From: Verrucomicrobiia bacterium
Lineage (GTDB): Bacteria; Verrucomicrobiota; Verrucomicrobiia; Limisphaerales; UBA1319
Length of the DNA stretch: 64,000 nt
Assembly (NCBI GenBank): GCA_963664225.1
Contig: OY760937.1
Location: 3,456,001-3,520,000, forward strand
Direction: 5' to 3'
Shown: positions 9,784 to 19,190 of the stretch, in pieces
Position numbering within the stretch: the stretch's first letter is position 1
Layout: every line of letters starts with the position of its first letter
Made by a program: the position numbers and the translations under genes
The notes under the pieces: model-generated
What the model was told of the DNA's origin: nothing
Databases searched by the model: none
What the model saw: the letters and a program-made list of their open reading frames with translations, nothing else

Positions 9784-10992
9784 ATGTCCCCCAGCTTGAT
9801 ACAATCCCTGTCCGAAGCCCTCAAGCAGGTCCAGGGATACATCTATCCCAATGACGTCACCCTGCTGTGGAGTATCGTCATCGTCGTTTATCCCTACATC
9901 ACGGGATTGGTCGCCGGCGCGTTCATCCTCGCCTCGCTGGTGCGGGTGTTCAAGGTGCATGCGCTGGAGCCCATCTACCGCCTCTCGTTGTTGACGGCCC
10001 TGGCGTTTCTGTTGATCGCACCCTTGCCGCTGCTGGTTCACCTGGGCCATCCGGAACGCTCCTATGAAGTGATGATCACGCCTCATGTGACTTCGCCCAT
10101 GGCCATATTTGGATTCGTCTATGCCTGGTATCTGATGGCCGTGCTCCTGCTCGAACTCTGGTTCGATTACCGGCGTGACTTTGTCGAATGGTCGAAAACC
10201 TCAACCGGACTGAAACGCCTCCTCTACCAGGTTTTGACTTTGGGGGTGTTTGACGTGTCTGAAAAAGCGTTGAGGCTGGATGATCGCATGGGCAAAGCCA
10301 TTACAATCGTCGGCATCCCCTCGGCCTTTTTACTCCACGGCTACGTTGGTTTCATCTTTGGATCGGTCAAGGCCAACCCATGGTGGGGGACTGTTTTGAT
10401 GCCGGTCATCTTCATCTTTTCAGCCATGGTCTCCGGCATTGCCCTGCTGGTGTTCCTCTATATCGCCATTTCAAAAATACGGAAAACCGTGGTGAACATG
10501 GCCTGTCTTGACGCCATCGCCATGTTTCTCTTTTACGCGCTGGTGATTGACGCCGCCTTTGAATCGCTCGATTGGATTCATCGCTTATATGAAGCCGAGG
10601 AATCCATCGATGTCCTGGTGCTGCTGGCCTCGGGAAAACTCTTTTACTCCTTCCTGCTGGTCCAGGTGTTTCTGGGCACGCTGGTGCCATTTGCCCTGTT
10701 GGGCACAATCCAGATCTTCAAGAACAAGTTTCGGGCCGGGACGCTCGAACGCATTTACCTTCTGAGCAGCCTGCTGGTGTTGGTGGGGGTGTTCGCCATG
10801 CGCTGGAATGTGGTCATAGGCGGACAATTATTCTCCAAGAGCCTGCGGGGCTTTACCACCTACAAGCTCGATCTCATCGGCCAGGAAAGCGCGATCACCG
10901 CGGGGGTGCTGATGCTCCTGCCCTTTGTGGTGCTTTGGATATTTACCGCGTTGTTTCTACCGCGAAACAAACCGCAGGCCGTGGCCGGTTAA
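9784..10992 (+). CDS. NrfD/PsrC family integral membrane quinol-interacting subunit
   Basis: W-x3-IVVYPYITGLVAG, HLGHPER, TSPMAIFG, HGYVGFIFG and MRWNVVIGGQ, with multiple TM helices. Confidence 0.9.
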   Translation: MSPSLIQSLSEALKQVQGYIYPNDVTLLWSIVIVVYPYITGLVAGAFILASLVRVFKVHALEPIYRLSLLTALAFLLIAPLPLLVHLGHPERSYEVMITPHVTSPMAIFGFVYAWYLMAVLLLELWFDYRRDFVEWSKTSTGLKRLLYQVLTLGVFDVSEKALRLDDRMGKAITIVGIPSAFLLHGYVGFIFGSVKANPWWGTVLMPVIFIFSAMVSGIALLVFLYIAISKIRKTVVNMACLDAIAMFLFYALVIDAAFESLDWIHRLYEAEESIDVLVLLASGKLFYSFLLVQVFLGTLVPFALLGTIQIFKNKFRAGTLERIYLLSSLLVLVGVFAMRWNVVIGGQLFSKSLRGFTTYKLDLIGQESAITAGVLMLLPFVVLWIFTALFLPRNKPQAVAG

Positions 10993-11029
10993 GTCCGCAC
11001 TGGAACCTGGAATTCGCTCGCAGGGGCGA

Positions 11030-11473
11030 TCAATCCACCGGCTTGGGCAGGGTGCGCCACTGGGTGACCAGGCCGTTCACAAACGTGATCTCCGCGCGCA
11101 CATAATCCCGGGCCTGGTAATCGTGATCCAGATAGCGCTGAACCGAGGAGCGACCATCACCGTAGGTCACTTCGCGGTAGGTCCAATAATACTGCCCCTG
11201 CAAGGTGGTGTCCTGATACAGCCATGTGGTGGTGGCGCCCGCTGCGGTTTCGCTCTTGAGAATCTGGGAGGGCTTGCCCCAGGCCATATACACCGCGTCC
11301 TCGTTCATCCCCACCTTGATTTCGCCCTTGTCCACCAGGCTCTGCAGATTCGTCGGCAACGCCGCATAAGCCGCAGGACGTTCCTGCTTGCGCGATTCGA
11401 CCGTCTGCGTGGCGCATCCGGCCAGTCCAAGAATCCCCGCGAGTGCCCATAAACTCCAAAAACTCAATTTCAT
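11030..11473 (-). CDS. Lipoprotein of unknown function (GM...AWGKP, BamE/SmpA-like motif)
   Basis: Lipobox LAGC after a hydrophobic leader; IKVGMNEDAVYMAWGKPS. Confidence 0.7.
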   Translation of the reverse strand: MKLSFWSLWALAGILGLAGCATQTVESRKQERPAAYAALPTNLQSLVDKGEIKVGMNEDAVYMAWGKPSQILKSETAAGATTTWLYQDTTLQGQYYWTYREVTYGDGRSSVQRYLDHDYQARDYVRAEITFVNGLVTQWRTLPKPVD

Positions 11474-11808
11474 CCCCTCAATGTAACAGATCATCCATCC
11501 ACAACGCCATGGGAATTCACTCTCTCGTCACAGTCAGGATGCAGAACAAAATTCTTCAGGAAATGGAAAAAGGCTTTAAAACGCCATAAAAGTATATAGG
11601 GAGATTTCCCCCGCTTAACCGCATGAAACGGACGCGCGATTCTTCTCTCCCGCCCTGCGAGGCACGAGCGGGGAGGGAGTTGGAGGGAGGGGTTTCATTA
11701 AGCGTCCTTCCTTTTTCACCGAAGATTTTTGTCATGCACCCCTCACGTCGCCACCGCTTCGCAATATTTTGACCCGAACACCGTTTAATGCTATTTTGGC
11801 AACGAAGA

Positions 11809-12102
11809 ATGCGGTCGCCTCTTACTGCAACGGTTGCTTTTGTCCTGAGCTGGGCCTACCTCTGGGTGGTCCTGGTGACCGGCTGTCTGCATCACCACGA
11901 AAGTGTGGGCGCGCAAAATCCCACGCACCAATGCGCCGCATGCGCCTGGCAGGCCAAGGCGATTTCAGATGCGCCCGTCATTCATCCTTTTCAGTTTCAG
12001 GCGGTTTCTGTGGAGATGCCCGAGCGTTGGGCGGCCATTGCCTGGTCCGCTTCAATTTCCAAAGTCACCGCGGCCCGGGGTCCGCCTTCGATTTTCGCAT
12101 AG
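11809..12102 (+). CDS. DUF2946-like small protein / putative metal-responsive leader peptide
   Basis: N-terminal hydrophobic helix, HHH, CAAC (CxxC) and C-terminal ARGPP, directly upstream of a metal-uptake operon. Alternative ATG at 11788. Confidence 0.7.
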   Translation: MRSPLTATVAFVLSWAYLWVVLVTGCLHHHESVGAQNPTHQCAACAWQAKAISDAPVIHPFQFQAVSVEMPERWAAIAWSASISKVTAARGPPSIFA

Positions 12103-12259
12103 TTTTTAAGGAGCGTTCGGCCCGCGAGAACCGGACATGTTAATCCGTGTTTGCGTCCGCATAAACGCAAGTGCGGATCGAGAAAAAAATGGAAAGCAAA
12201 AGCACGGGATGCAATAGCCTCCCTGCATGATTTGTTTCCGCGAAAATCGTTAAACCCAT

Positions 12260-13699
12260 ATGAAGTTCCACTATTTGACACTGCTGATTTGCGCGTCGGC
12301 CAGTGTGACCACAGTCCCCGCCGCACAGGTCGATCCCGCCGTTGTTCAGTCCTTGAAACAGGAATTGGAGGACTTGCGCCAGCGCACCCGCGCGATCGAG
12401 GAAAAAATAAACCAGCTCGAAGCCTCCACAGCCTCAACGAATCTTGCCAACACCAATCCCGCGCCCGCCGTTCTGACGCTTCCAGCAACCAATTCCCCGC
12501 CGACTCTCGCGGGCGGTGGCACGGTCGGAACCAATGCCGCGACGCTGAAAAAGCCCTGGTCCGCCTCGGACCCGATCACGGTCGTGCGCTCCGGCTCCTC
12601 CTATATGAACGTGAGCTTTGGTGTGGTGGGGAACGCCGGTTGGTCCACCGCGCCCGACGTGAGCAAGTCCCTGCAACTCGGCGACCACGATCCGATCCAG
12701 CGCGGCTTTTCCCTGCGCAACGCCGAGCTGGCCTTCGATGGCGCGGTGGATCCCTATTTCAAGGGGTTCGCGAATATTGCGCTCAAGCTCGATCAGAACA
12801 ACGGCACGGACATCGAGTTGGAGGAGGCTTACCTGCTCACCACCTCGCTCCCGGGTAATCTCCAATTAAAGGCGGGCCAGTTCAACGCCGAGTTTGGACG
12901 CCAGAACAGCCAGCATCCGCACCAATGGGCGTTCGTGGATCAGCCGCTTATCCTCAACCGCGCGTTCGGGCCGGACGGCATGCGCAATCCCGGCGCACGC
13001 CTCTCCTGGCTCGCGCCCACGCCCAATTACACCGAGCTTTTCCTGGGCGTGTTCAACGGGCAGGGCGGCACCGCATTCAGTTTTCGCGATCCCGATCTGG
13101 TGGCGACTCATGGGCGCACGCCACTGGAGCGCAACATCACCGGACCCGGCGATTTTCTCTACGTGCCCCGCGTCTCCAGCTCGTTTGAACTGACGCGCTC
13201 GCAGACCCTCGTGGTCGGCGCGTCCGGCGCGTTTGGGCCGAACGATTCCGGCCCCAATTCGCGCACGGAGGTTTACGGCGTGGACACTTATTGGAAATGG
13301 AAACCGTCCAACGCGGGCGGCGGTTTCCCATTCGTGGGCTGGCAGAACGAGGCGCTCTATCGCCGTTATGGCGCGGCGGCGGATCCCGTGGCCGGGCTCC
13401 CCGCCGAGACGCTGCACGACTGGGGATTTTATTCCCAACTGCTCTACGGCTTCCGCCAGGGCTGGGTGGCGGGCCTGCGCGGCGAATACGTGGCGGGAAA
13501 CACCGGCGCTTACGATCCCCTGGATGTTTATCGCGGCGAGCGCGAGCGCGTTTCGCCCAACATCACCTGGTATCCGAGTGAATTCTCGAAAATCCGGCTC
13601 CAATACAATTTGGATCACGGCCAATTGTTCGATTACGAGCACTCGGTCTGGTTGCAATTCGAATTCGGCCTGGGCGCTCACAGCGCGCACAAATTCTAA
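12260..13699 (+). CDS. Outer-membrane beta-barrel/porin associated with metal (Zn/Mn-type) uptake
   Basis: Signal peptide, N-terminal coiled coil, GAVDPYF, ELEEAY, FGRQNSQHPHQW, SEFSKIRLQY and a His-containing C-terminus GAHSAHKF. Precedes ABC genes. Confidence 0.75.
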   Translation: MKFHYLTLLICASASVTTVPAAQVDPAVVQSLKQELEDLRQRTRAIEEKINQLEASTASTNLANTNPAPAVLTLPATNSPPTLAGGGTVGTNAATLKKPWSASDPITVVRSGSSYMNVSFGVVGNAGWSTAPDVSKSLQLGDHDPIQRGFSLRNAELAFDGAVDPYFKGFANIALKLDQNNGTDIELEEAYLLTTSLPGNLQLKAGQFNAEFGRQNSQHPHQWAFVDQPLILNRAFGPDGMRNPGARLSWLAPTPNYTELFLGVFNGQGGTAFSFRDPDLVATHGRTPLERNITGPGDFLYVPRVSSSFELTRSQTLVVGASGAFGPNDSGPNSRTEVYGVDTYWKWKPSNAGGGFPFVGWQNEALYRRYGAAADPVAGLPAETLHDWGFYSQLLYGFRQGWVAGLRGEYVAGNTGAYDPLDVYRGERERVSPNITWYPSEFSKIRLQYNLDHGQLFDYEHSVWLQFEFGLGAHSAHKF

Positions 13700-13736
13700 A
13701 TCTTAACCCAACCCATTTCCCATTTTGAATCCCTTT

Positions 13737-14684
13737 ATGAAATCAATGTTTCGCACCTTGTTTTCCAGAGCGTCGGCAATTGGTGCCGCGCTGTTCCTGA
13801 TCCTTGGATTGCCGCTCATGGCGCAGGCCAAAATAAATGCCGTGTCCACCACACCTGATTTGGGTGCCATCGCCACGGTCATTGGCGGGAAATTCGTGGA
13901 GGTCACCTCGCTGGCCCGGCCCACGGAGGATCCGCATTTCGTGGATGCCAAACCCAGCTTCATTCTCAAGCTCAACCGCGCCGATGCCCTGATCGAGGGC
14001 GGCGCGGAGTTGGAGATCGGCTGGCTGCCCGCGCTGCTTGAGAACGCGCGCAATCCCAAAATCGAGGCCGGTGCGCCCGGACGCATCTCCTGCGTGGAGG
14101 GCGTGGATTTGATGGACGTGCCCGCCACGCTGGATCGCTCCAAGGGCGACATCCATGCCATGGGCAATCCGCATTACCTGACCGATCCCATCAACGCAAA
14201 AATCGCCGCCCAACACATCTGTGCCGGGTTTGTGGCGTTGGACGCGAAAAACGCGGAGTCCTATCGCGCCAGTCTTGCGAAATTCAACGCCCAAGCGGAC
14301 GAAAGCCTCGCGCGCTGGCAGAAAATTCTCGAGCCTTACCAGGGCACACGACTCGTGGCCTTTCATAATACCTGGCCGTATTTTGCCCGGCGGTTCCACT
14401 TGAGGATCGATCTCTTTCTGGAACCCAAACCGGGGATTCCTCCCACACCCGCGCACATGGCCGAGATCATCGACACCATGAAAAATGAACATCTCCGCGC
14501 CATCCTCGTGGAACCGTATCAGAACCGCAAAACCGCTGAAAAAGCCGCCACCGAAACGCACTCGATCATTCTGGATTTCACCCAGTACCCGGGCGGCGTT
14601 AAAGGCACCGATGGAGGCTACATCGAGCTGATGGATTACCTCGTGAACACCCTGGCGAAAACCCTCGCCGCACCCTCGAAATAG
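13737..14684 (+). CDS. Metal ABC transporter substrate-binding protein (ZnuA/TroA family)
   Basis: DPHFVDAKPS, GAELEIGWL, GNPHYLTDP, FHNTWPYF and EPKPGIPPTPAH motifs. Confidence 0.9.
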   Translation: MKSMFRTLFSRASAIGAALFLILGLPLMAQAKINAVSTTPDLGAIATVIGGKFVEVTSLARPTEDPHFVDAKPSFILKLNRADALIEGGAELEIGWLPALLENARNPKIEAGAPGRISCVEGVDLMDVPATLDRSKGDIHAMGNPHYLTDPINAKIAAQHICAGFVALDAKNAESYRASLAKFNAQADESLARWQKILEPYQGTRLVAFHNTWPYFARRFHLRIDLFLEPKPGIPPTPAHMAEIIDTMKNEHLRAILVEPYQNRKTAEKAATETHSIILDFTQYPGGVKGTDGGYIELMDYLVNTLAKTLAAPSK

Positions 14685-14693
14685 CATCCTGCC

Positions 14694-15572
14694 ATGAGCG
14701 ATATCATTACTGTCATGCTGTGGCCGTTCCTGGCCTGCCTGTTACTGCCGTGGCTGCTCGTTTACTACGGACTGCACATCGTGAAGCGCGAAATCATCTT
14801 TGTCGATCTGGCCCTCGCCCAGGTCGCCGCAGTCGGTAATTGCATCGCCATCCTCATGGGCTACACCAACCACGACTGGCAAACCTATGCCTCGGCGGTG
14901 GGCTTCACCTTCGTGGGCTCGGTGATCTTCACGCTCACGCGCACACGCAGCCGCCGTGTGCCGCAGGAGGCGCTCATCGGCATCGTCTATGTGGTGGCGG
15001 CCGCCCTGGGCATTCTGCTCCTGAGCCGCAGCCCGGAAGGCAACGAGGAATTGCGTCGCACGCTCATCGGGGACGTTCTGCTCGTCACGCGCCCCGAGGT
15101 GTGGAAAACGCTCGCGCTTTTCGTGGTGATCGGCGTGTTGCACTTCATATTTCGCCGGCAATTCCTGGCCATCTCCTTCGATCCCAAAGGCGAACTGGCC
15201 CAGGGCAAGCGCGGTCCCTGGTGGGATTTCCTATTCTATGTCCTGTTCGGATTCGTGGTGACGAGCTTCCTGCAGATCGGCGGCGTGCTGCTCGTCTTCA
15301 CGTTCCTGATCATGCCCTCGGTGGCGGCCAATATGCTCTCCCGATCATTGCCCGTGCAAATGGGCATTGCCTGGCTCTTTGCCACCACGGGGAGCGTATG
15401 CGGTCTGGTCTTGTCCTACAAAATGGACTTCCCGGCCGGTGCGGCCATCGTGTGCATGCTGGGCGCGCTGTTGCTCTTGCTCGGCTTCGCCACCTGGTGC
15501 GTGCGCAGAAGGAGGAGTCCGCAGGTTGCACCGATCCCCGCAGAGAAAGAAACGCTGATAGACTCCAATTAA
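14694..15572 (+). CDS. Metal ABC transporter permease (ZnuB/MntB, ABC-3 family)
   Basis: REIIFVDLALAQVAA, EALIGIVY and GGVLLVFTFLIMP; many TM helices. Confidence 0.85.
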   Translation: MSDIITVMLWPFLACLLLPWLLVYYGLHIVKREIIFVDLALAQVAAVGNCIAILMGYTNHDWQTYASAVGFTFVGSVIFTLTRTRSRRVPQEALIGIVYVVAAALGILLLSRSPEGNEELRRTLIGDVLLVTRPEVWKTLALFVVIGVLHFIFRRQFLAISFDPKGELAQGKRGPWWDFLFYVLFGFVVTSFLQIGGVLLVFTFLIMPSVAANMLSRSLPVQMGIAWLFATTGSVCGLVLSYKMDFPAGAAIVCMLGALLLLLGFATWCVRRRRSPQVAPIPAEKETLIDSN

Positions 15573-15748
15573 CGCGTATGTCCCGGCTGCCTGGAGGATG
15601 GGCGCTTGCGCAGGGGACTGGAGGCGATGAGCAGGCTGCGGTCGCGCAATTTTTCGAGAATCTCAAGTTTCCGGGCAAAAGGCAGCGCGGCGAGTTCCTT
15701 TCGGGCCGCCCGCTTGCTTTCCAACATTTTTTGCATCCAAAGATTCAT
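15569..15748 (-). CDS. Small hypothetical protein
   Basis: MNLWMQKMLESKRAARKELAALPFARKLEILEKLRDRSLLI; its ATG overlaps the stop of the upstream remnant (ATGA coupling). Confidence 0.5.
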   Translation of the reverse strand: MNLWMQKMLESKRAARKELAALPFARKLEILEKLRDRSLLIASSPLRKRPSSRQPGHTR

Positions 15749-15910
15749 TCGCTTTCCTGCCGGTACTGTTGCACGAGGTTCTCCCATTTCGCAAGCAACC
15801 CGTGGTGCTTCAAAATAGGATCCAAACGATTGGCATCGAGCGCTCCGCTCTCAATGAATTGCCCGATTCGGATATTATCCTTTCTTCACCCAGTCCTCAG
15901 CGCGATGGCC
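15745..15910 (-). pseudogene. 3' remnant of a gene (possibly nucleotidyltransferase-like) with an in-frame TGA
   Basis: Manual translation gives AIALRTG*RKDNIRIGQFIESGALDANRLDPILKHHGLLAKWENLVQQYRQESE*. The frame is protein-like on both sides of TGA 15886-15888 and has no 5' part. Confidence 0.45.
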
Positions 15911-15950
15911 GCGGTCGCGCGATTGACCCAACAAGCATTTGTGCGGGCGC

Positions 15951-16436
15951 CTATGATTCGGGTATGGGCAATTTCGCGTTTGGATGTTCCGCGGCAAACG
16001 CCTTCAACCATTGTGCGTTTGAGTCCCACATTACTGACCCGTCCGTCATCAGAACGTTTATTCCGTAGCCATGGTGATTTCTCATCCGGCAATCATACAT
16101 CAATGGATATTGGACGGCAGTCGCGTCTGGGGCGTGTGGCGGCTTCGACCAATCCACATATATGTAGTCGCTCTGACTACTGGAATTGGAGTTTGTTTTG
16201 ACGCCGGGGCAGGCAAGCAGGCGACCCACCATCTTCTTGTCCAAAGATTCGAGAGTTTCCGGCCACTGATTGGTATGGTCCTGACGGTAAAGCCTGATTG
16301 CCGACCACAAGCTGCGCAACTGCTGCCTGCAATTCTGTCGCTCCGCCAATGAAGCAGCCTTTTCGCATGACGCAAAAAGTCCAATGACGACAAGTCCAAT
16401 CAGCGCGGCGGCAAAGATGTGTTTCGTTACATTCAA
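15951..16436 (-). CDS. Hypothetical exported protein with a pilin-like H-X9-DG-type C-terminal motif
   Basis: Hydrophobic N-terminus, C..QLR.L..AIRLY..DH..QWP, LLACP and HHGYGINVLMTDGSV. Confidence 0.6.
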   Translation of the reverse strand: MNVTKHIFAAALIGLVVIGLFASCEKAASLAERQNCRQQLRSLWSAIRLYRQDHTNQWPETLESLDKKMVGRLLACPGVKTNSNSSSQSDYIYVDWSKPPHAPDATAVQYPLMYDCRMRNHHGYGINVLMTDGSVMWDSNAQWLKAFAAEHPNAKLPIPES

Positions 16437-16454
16437 GGTTTTCCACGATTGGGC

Positions 16455-17567
16455 CTACCCCTCCTGGCGCAGCAATTCGAGCATGGCGCGGTCCAGTTTG
16501 TGGCCGTGGAAATCTTCGTAAATCACGCCCGGACGATCGCTGTCCACCACACCAAAGGGGCCCCGCAGGTTCCAGAGCGACCAGCCCCAGCCCGCTTCCT
16601 TCCAGAGCGACAGAAAATCCTTCATCCAGGCCATGGCCACCGCGTGCGGCGTGCGATTGAACGCGCCCCATTCGCCGACATGCACGCCCACGCCCAGTTT
16701 CTGCAACGCCTGCCACGGCTTGATCCGTTCCCGGCGCAGACGTTCCTTATCCACCACGTCCCCTTCCTTGAGCTTCAGCGGCCAGGTCGGCTCCTCCCAT
16801 TTATCGGAACCGCCGATCCAGTTGGCCTTGTAGTGGCTGATGCGCATCGGCTCATACCCGCGCGTGCTCTGGCCAATGCCCAGCGGCGCGAGACTGGTCA
16901 CCGGGCTCGTGCCCCACTTGAGGCCGTCGGCGATGATCAACCGGTTGGGGTCCTCGGCGCGAATCGCCTCCACGAGCCGCTTGACCACGCGCAGATAATC
17001 CGCCTCGGGATAATCCCCCGGCTCGTTCAACAGATCGAAGCTGACTTTTTGGCTCGGAATGCCTTTGTAGCGTTTGGCAAAATGCGCCCAATGATACGCG
17101 CTGGCCTCGAGGGCTTTCTCATCCTTCCACAGGCTCAGCGGTTCGGCGGGCGGATTCACGCAATAGCCGGGCGCGCGGTGGAAATTGATGTTCACATGGA
17201 TCTTGTATTGCTTGCCCCAGTCCACGACCTGGTCAATCTCCTTGAGCACGCTCTCCTTGATCTCCAGCCATTTCGCGGGGTCCGCATCGGCCCAGCAACG
17301 GTAGGACAACGGCAGCCGCACAAAATCGAATCCCCACTCCGCCATCCACGCAAAATCCGACTCCACAAACGGGTGCTGATACTCGCCATTGAATTTCTCG
17401 AGCAGATTGAAACCCCGCCACCGTGGCAAATGGGCCGCGCTCACGACCTCATCGGCCGCCGCCATGGAGTTAAGCGTTCCAAGTGTTCCCAATGTGCCCG
17501 CCGCAATGGCCGCCGCGCTGGTGGTTCCAATAAAATGCCTCCGGCTGATCTGGTGTTGTTGATTCAT
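16455..17567 (-). CDS. Glycoside hydrolase family 5 (cellulase family), Tat-exported
   Basis: SRRHFI Tat signal, GFDFVRLP, FDLLNEP (acid/base) and VHVGEWG (nucleophile). Confidence 0.9.
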   Translation of the reverse strand: MNQQHQISRRHFIGTTSAAAIAAGTLGTLGTLNSMAAADEVVSAAHLPRWRGFNLLEKFNGEYQHPFVESDFAWMAEWGFDFVRLPLSYRCWADADPAKWLEIKESVLKEIDQVVDWGKQYKIHVNINFHRAPGYCVNPPAEPLSLWKDEKALEASAYHWAHFAKRYKGIPSQKVSFDLLNEPGDYPEADYLRVVKRLVEAIRAEDPNRLIIADGLKWGTSPVTSLAPLGIGQSTRGYEPMRISHYKANWIGGSDKWEEPTWPLKLKEGDVVDKERLRRERIKPWQALQKLGVGVHVGEWGAFNRTPHAVAMAWMKDFLSLWKEAGWGWSLWNLRGPFGVVDSDRPGVIYEDFHGHKLDRAMLELLRQEG

Positions 17568-17703
17568 GACGCCATGACGCCCGGAAATCGGGAAATGATC
17601 AATCTATTTTGGACCAAAAAAGTCAGGGGTCTGCCACCGGTTTTCGCCGGCAACAGACCCCTTCGTCGCCTTCAACAGGCAGACTTTAAACTTCCCGCCC
17701 CTG

Positions 17704-19017
17704 CTAAATACCCAGTTTCTTGAACCGCGCCTTCACATGCTTGAAGTGGAATTCGAGGTTGCAGAGCTTGTCGATTTCCGCGCGCGACAGGTGTTTCGCC
17801 ACGTCCGGATCGCCCGCCAATTGCGTCTTGAAGTCCGCATTGACGTCTCCGGCATTCTTGGCCTGCCAGGTTTTCATGGCGTTGCGCTGGACCAGGTCGT
17901 AGGACTCCTCGCGGGTGAGCCCCTTCTTGATCAGCGCCAGCAGGATGGTCTGGGAATTCCACATGCCCAGGGAGAGGCCCAGGTTGCGCATCATGTTGTC
18001 CGGATACACGATCAGGCCCTCGGTCAGCTTCGCCAGAGTCGCCAGCATGTAATCCAGCAGCGTGCAGGAATCCGGGAAGATGATCCGCTCCACCGAGCTG
18101 TGGCTGATGTCCCGCTCGTGCCACAGGGCGACGTTTTCCATGGCCGCAATCGAATTGCCGCGCAGCACGCGGGCCAGGCCGGTGAGACGTTCGCCGGTGA
18201 TGGGATTGCGCTTGTGGGGCATGGCGCTGGAACCCTTCTGGCCCTTGGAGAAAAACTCCTCGGCTTCGAGGACTTCGGTCCGCTGCAGGTGGCGGAATTC
18301 CGTGGACCAGCGTTCGATGCTCGCGCCCACGAGCGCCAGCGTGGTCATGAACTCGGCATGGATGTCCCGCTGCACCACCTGCGTGGCCACAGGCGCCGGA
18401 CGCAATCCGAGTTTCTTGCAGACGGCCGCCTCGATTTTCGGAGACAAATGGGCGCTCGTGCCCACCGCGCCGGAGAGTTTGCCCACGGCCACGGTTTCCC
18501 GGACGGACTCGAGCCGTTGCAGCGCGCGGCCAAATTCATCATACATCAGCGCCATCTTCATGCCGAACGTCGTCGGTTCCGCATGAATGCCGTGACTGCG
18601 GCCAATCATGGGAGTCATCTGGTAGGCGTTGGCCTTTTTGGCGATGATCTCGCGCAGGGCCTTCACGTCCGTGATCAGGAGGTCGGCGGATTGCACCATC
18701 TGGACGGCGAACGCGGTGTCCAGCACATCGCTGGAGGTCAGGCCGAAATGCAGCCAGCGGCTGGCCGGCGCCCCGATGTTCTCGGCCACATTCGTGGTGA
18801 ACGCGATCACGTCATGGTTCAAGGTGCGTTCCAATTCCTTGCAGCGGTCGATGCTGAAGGCGGCCTTGTCGCGGATCTGCTCGAAATCCTTGCGTGGCAC
18901 CAGGCCCTCTTCGCACAACGCCTCGCTGGCCAGCAGTTCGATCTGCAGCCAGGTCTCCAGCTTCCGCTGTTCCGTCCAAATCTCCCGCATCGCGGGCCTC
19001 GAATATCTCTGAATCAT
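17704..19017 (-). CDS. purB: Adenylosuccinate lyase
   Basis: MIQRYSRPAM start, HDVIAF, GRSHGIHAEPTTFG, and the fumarate-lyase signature GSSAMPHKRNP. Confidence 0.97.
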   Translation of the reverse strand: MIQRYSRPAMREIWTEQRKLETWLQIELLASEALCEEGLVPRKDFEQIRDKAAFSIDRCKELERTLNHDVIAFTTNVAENIGAPASRWLHFGLTSSDVLDTAFAVQMVQSADLLITDVKALREIIAKKANAYQMTPMIGRSHGIHAEPTTFGMKMALMYDEFGRALQRLESVRETVAVGKLSGAVGTSAHLSPKIEAAVCKKLGLRPAPVATQVVQRDIHAEFMTTLALVGASIERWSTEFRHLQRTEVLEAEEFFSKGQKGSSAMPHKRNPITGERLTGLARVLRGNSIAAMENVALWHERDISHSSVERIIFPDSCTLLDYMLATLAKLTEGLIVYPDNMMRNLGLSLGMWNSQTILLALIKKGLTREESYDLVQRNAMKTWQAKNAGDVNADFKTQLAGDPDVAKHLSRAEIDKLCNLEFHFKHVKARFKKLGI

Positions 19018-19099
19018 TGGAGCCATGATAGGGGATGCCGCCGCAAAAGAAAAGCCCTCTGATGCCATAAGGAATGCCTTGCGCCTCCATACCTCAACT

Positions 19100-19146
19100 C
19101 GTAGCGCAGACATCCTGTCTGCCGTATCGCGGATTTCCAATCCGCC
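19100..19146. repeat. GTAG-type REP doublet (intact IS110 target site)
   Basis: cGTAGc-GCAGACA-tcc-TGTCTGC-cGTATc-GCGGATT-tcc-AATCCGC. The same element occurs at about 32872 and 34067 and is split by the IS at 31117/32315. Confidence 0.85.
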
Positions 19147-19190
19147 AGCCTTCTCAAATTCCAAGGCACCGAACAAACTTCTCCGGTTCG

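Noticed and set aside
12209..12228. Zur/Fur-type operator ATGCA-N10-TGCAT before the porin gene
   Set aside because: The arms are only 5 bp and I cannot match them to a known box for this lineage.
14840..16201. Long alternative-frame and antisense ORFs (e.g. 14840..16201, 16419..17723, 17737..19062, 42194..43465)
   Set aside because: These are shadow ORFs of high-GC genes; the overlapping frames carry the recognisable family motifs.
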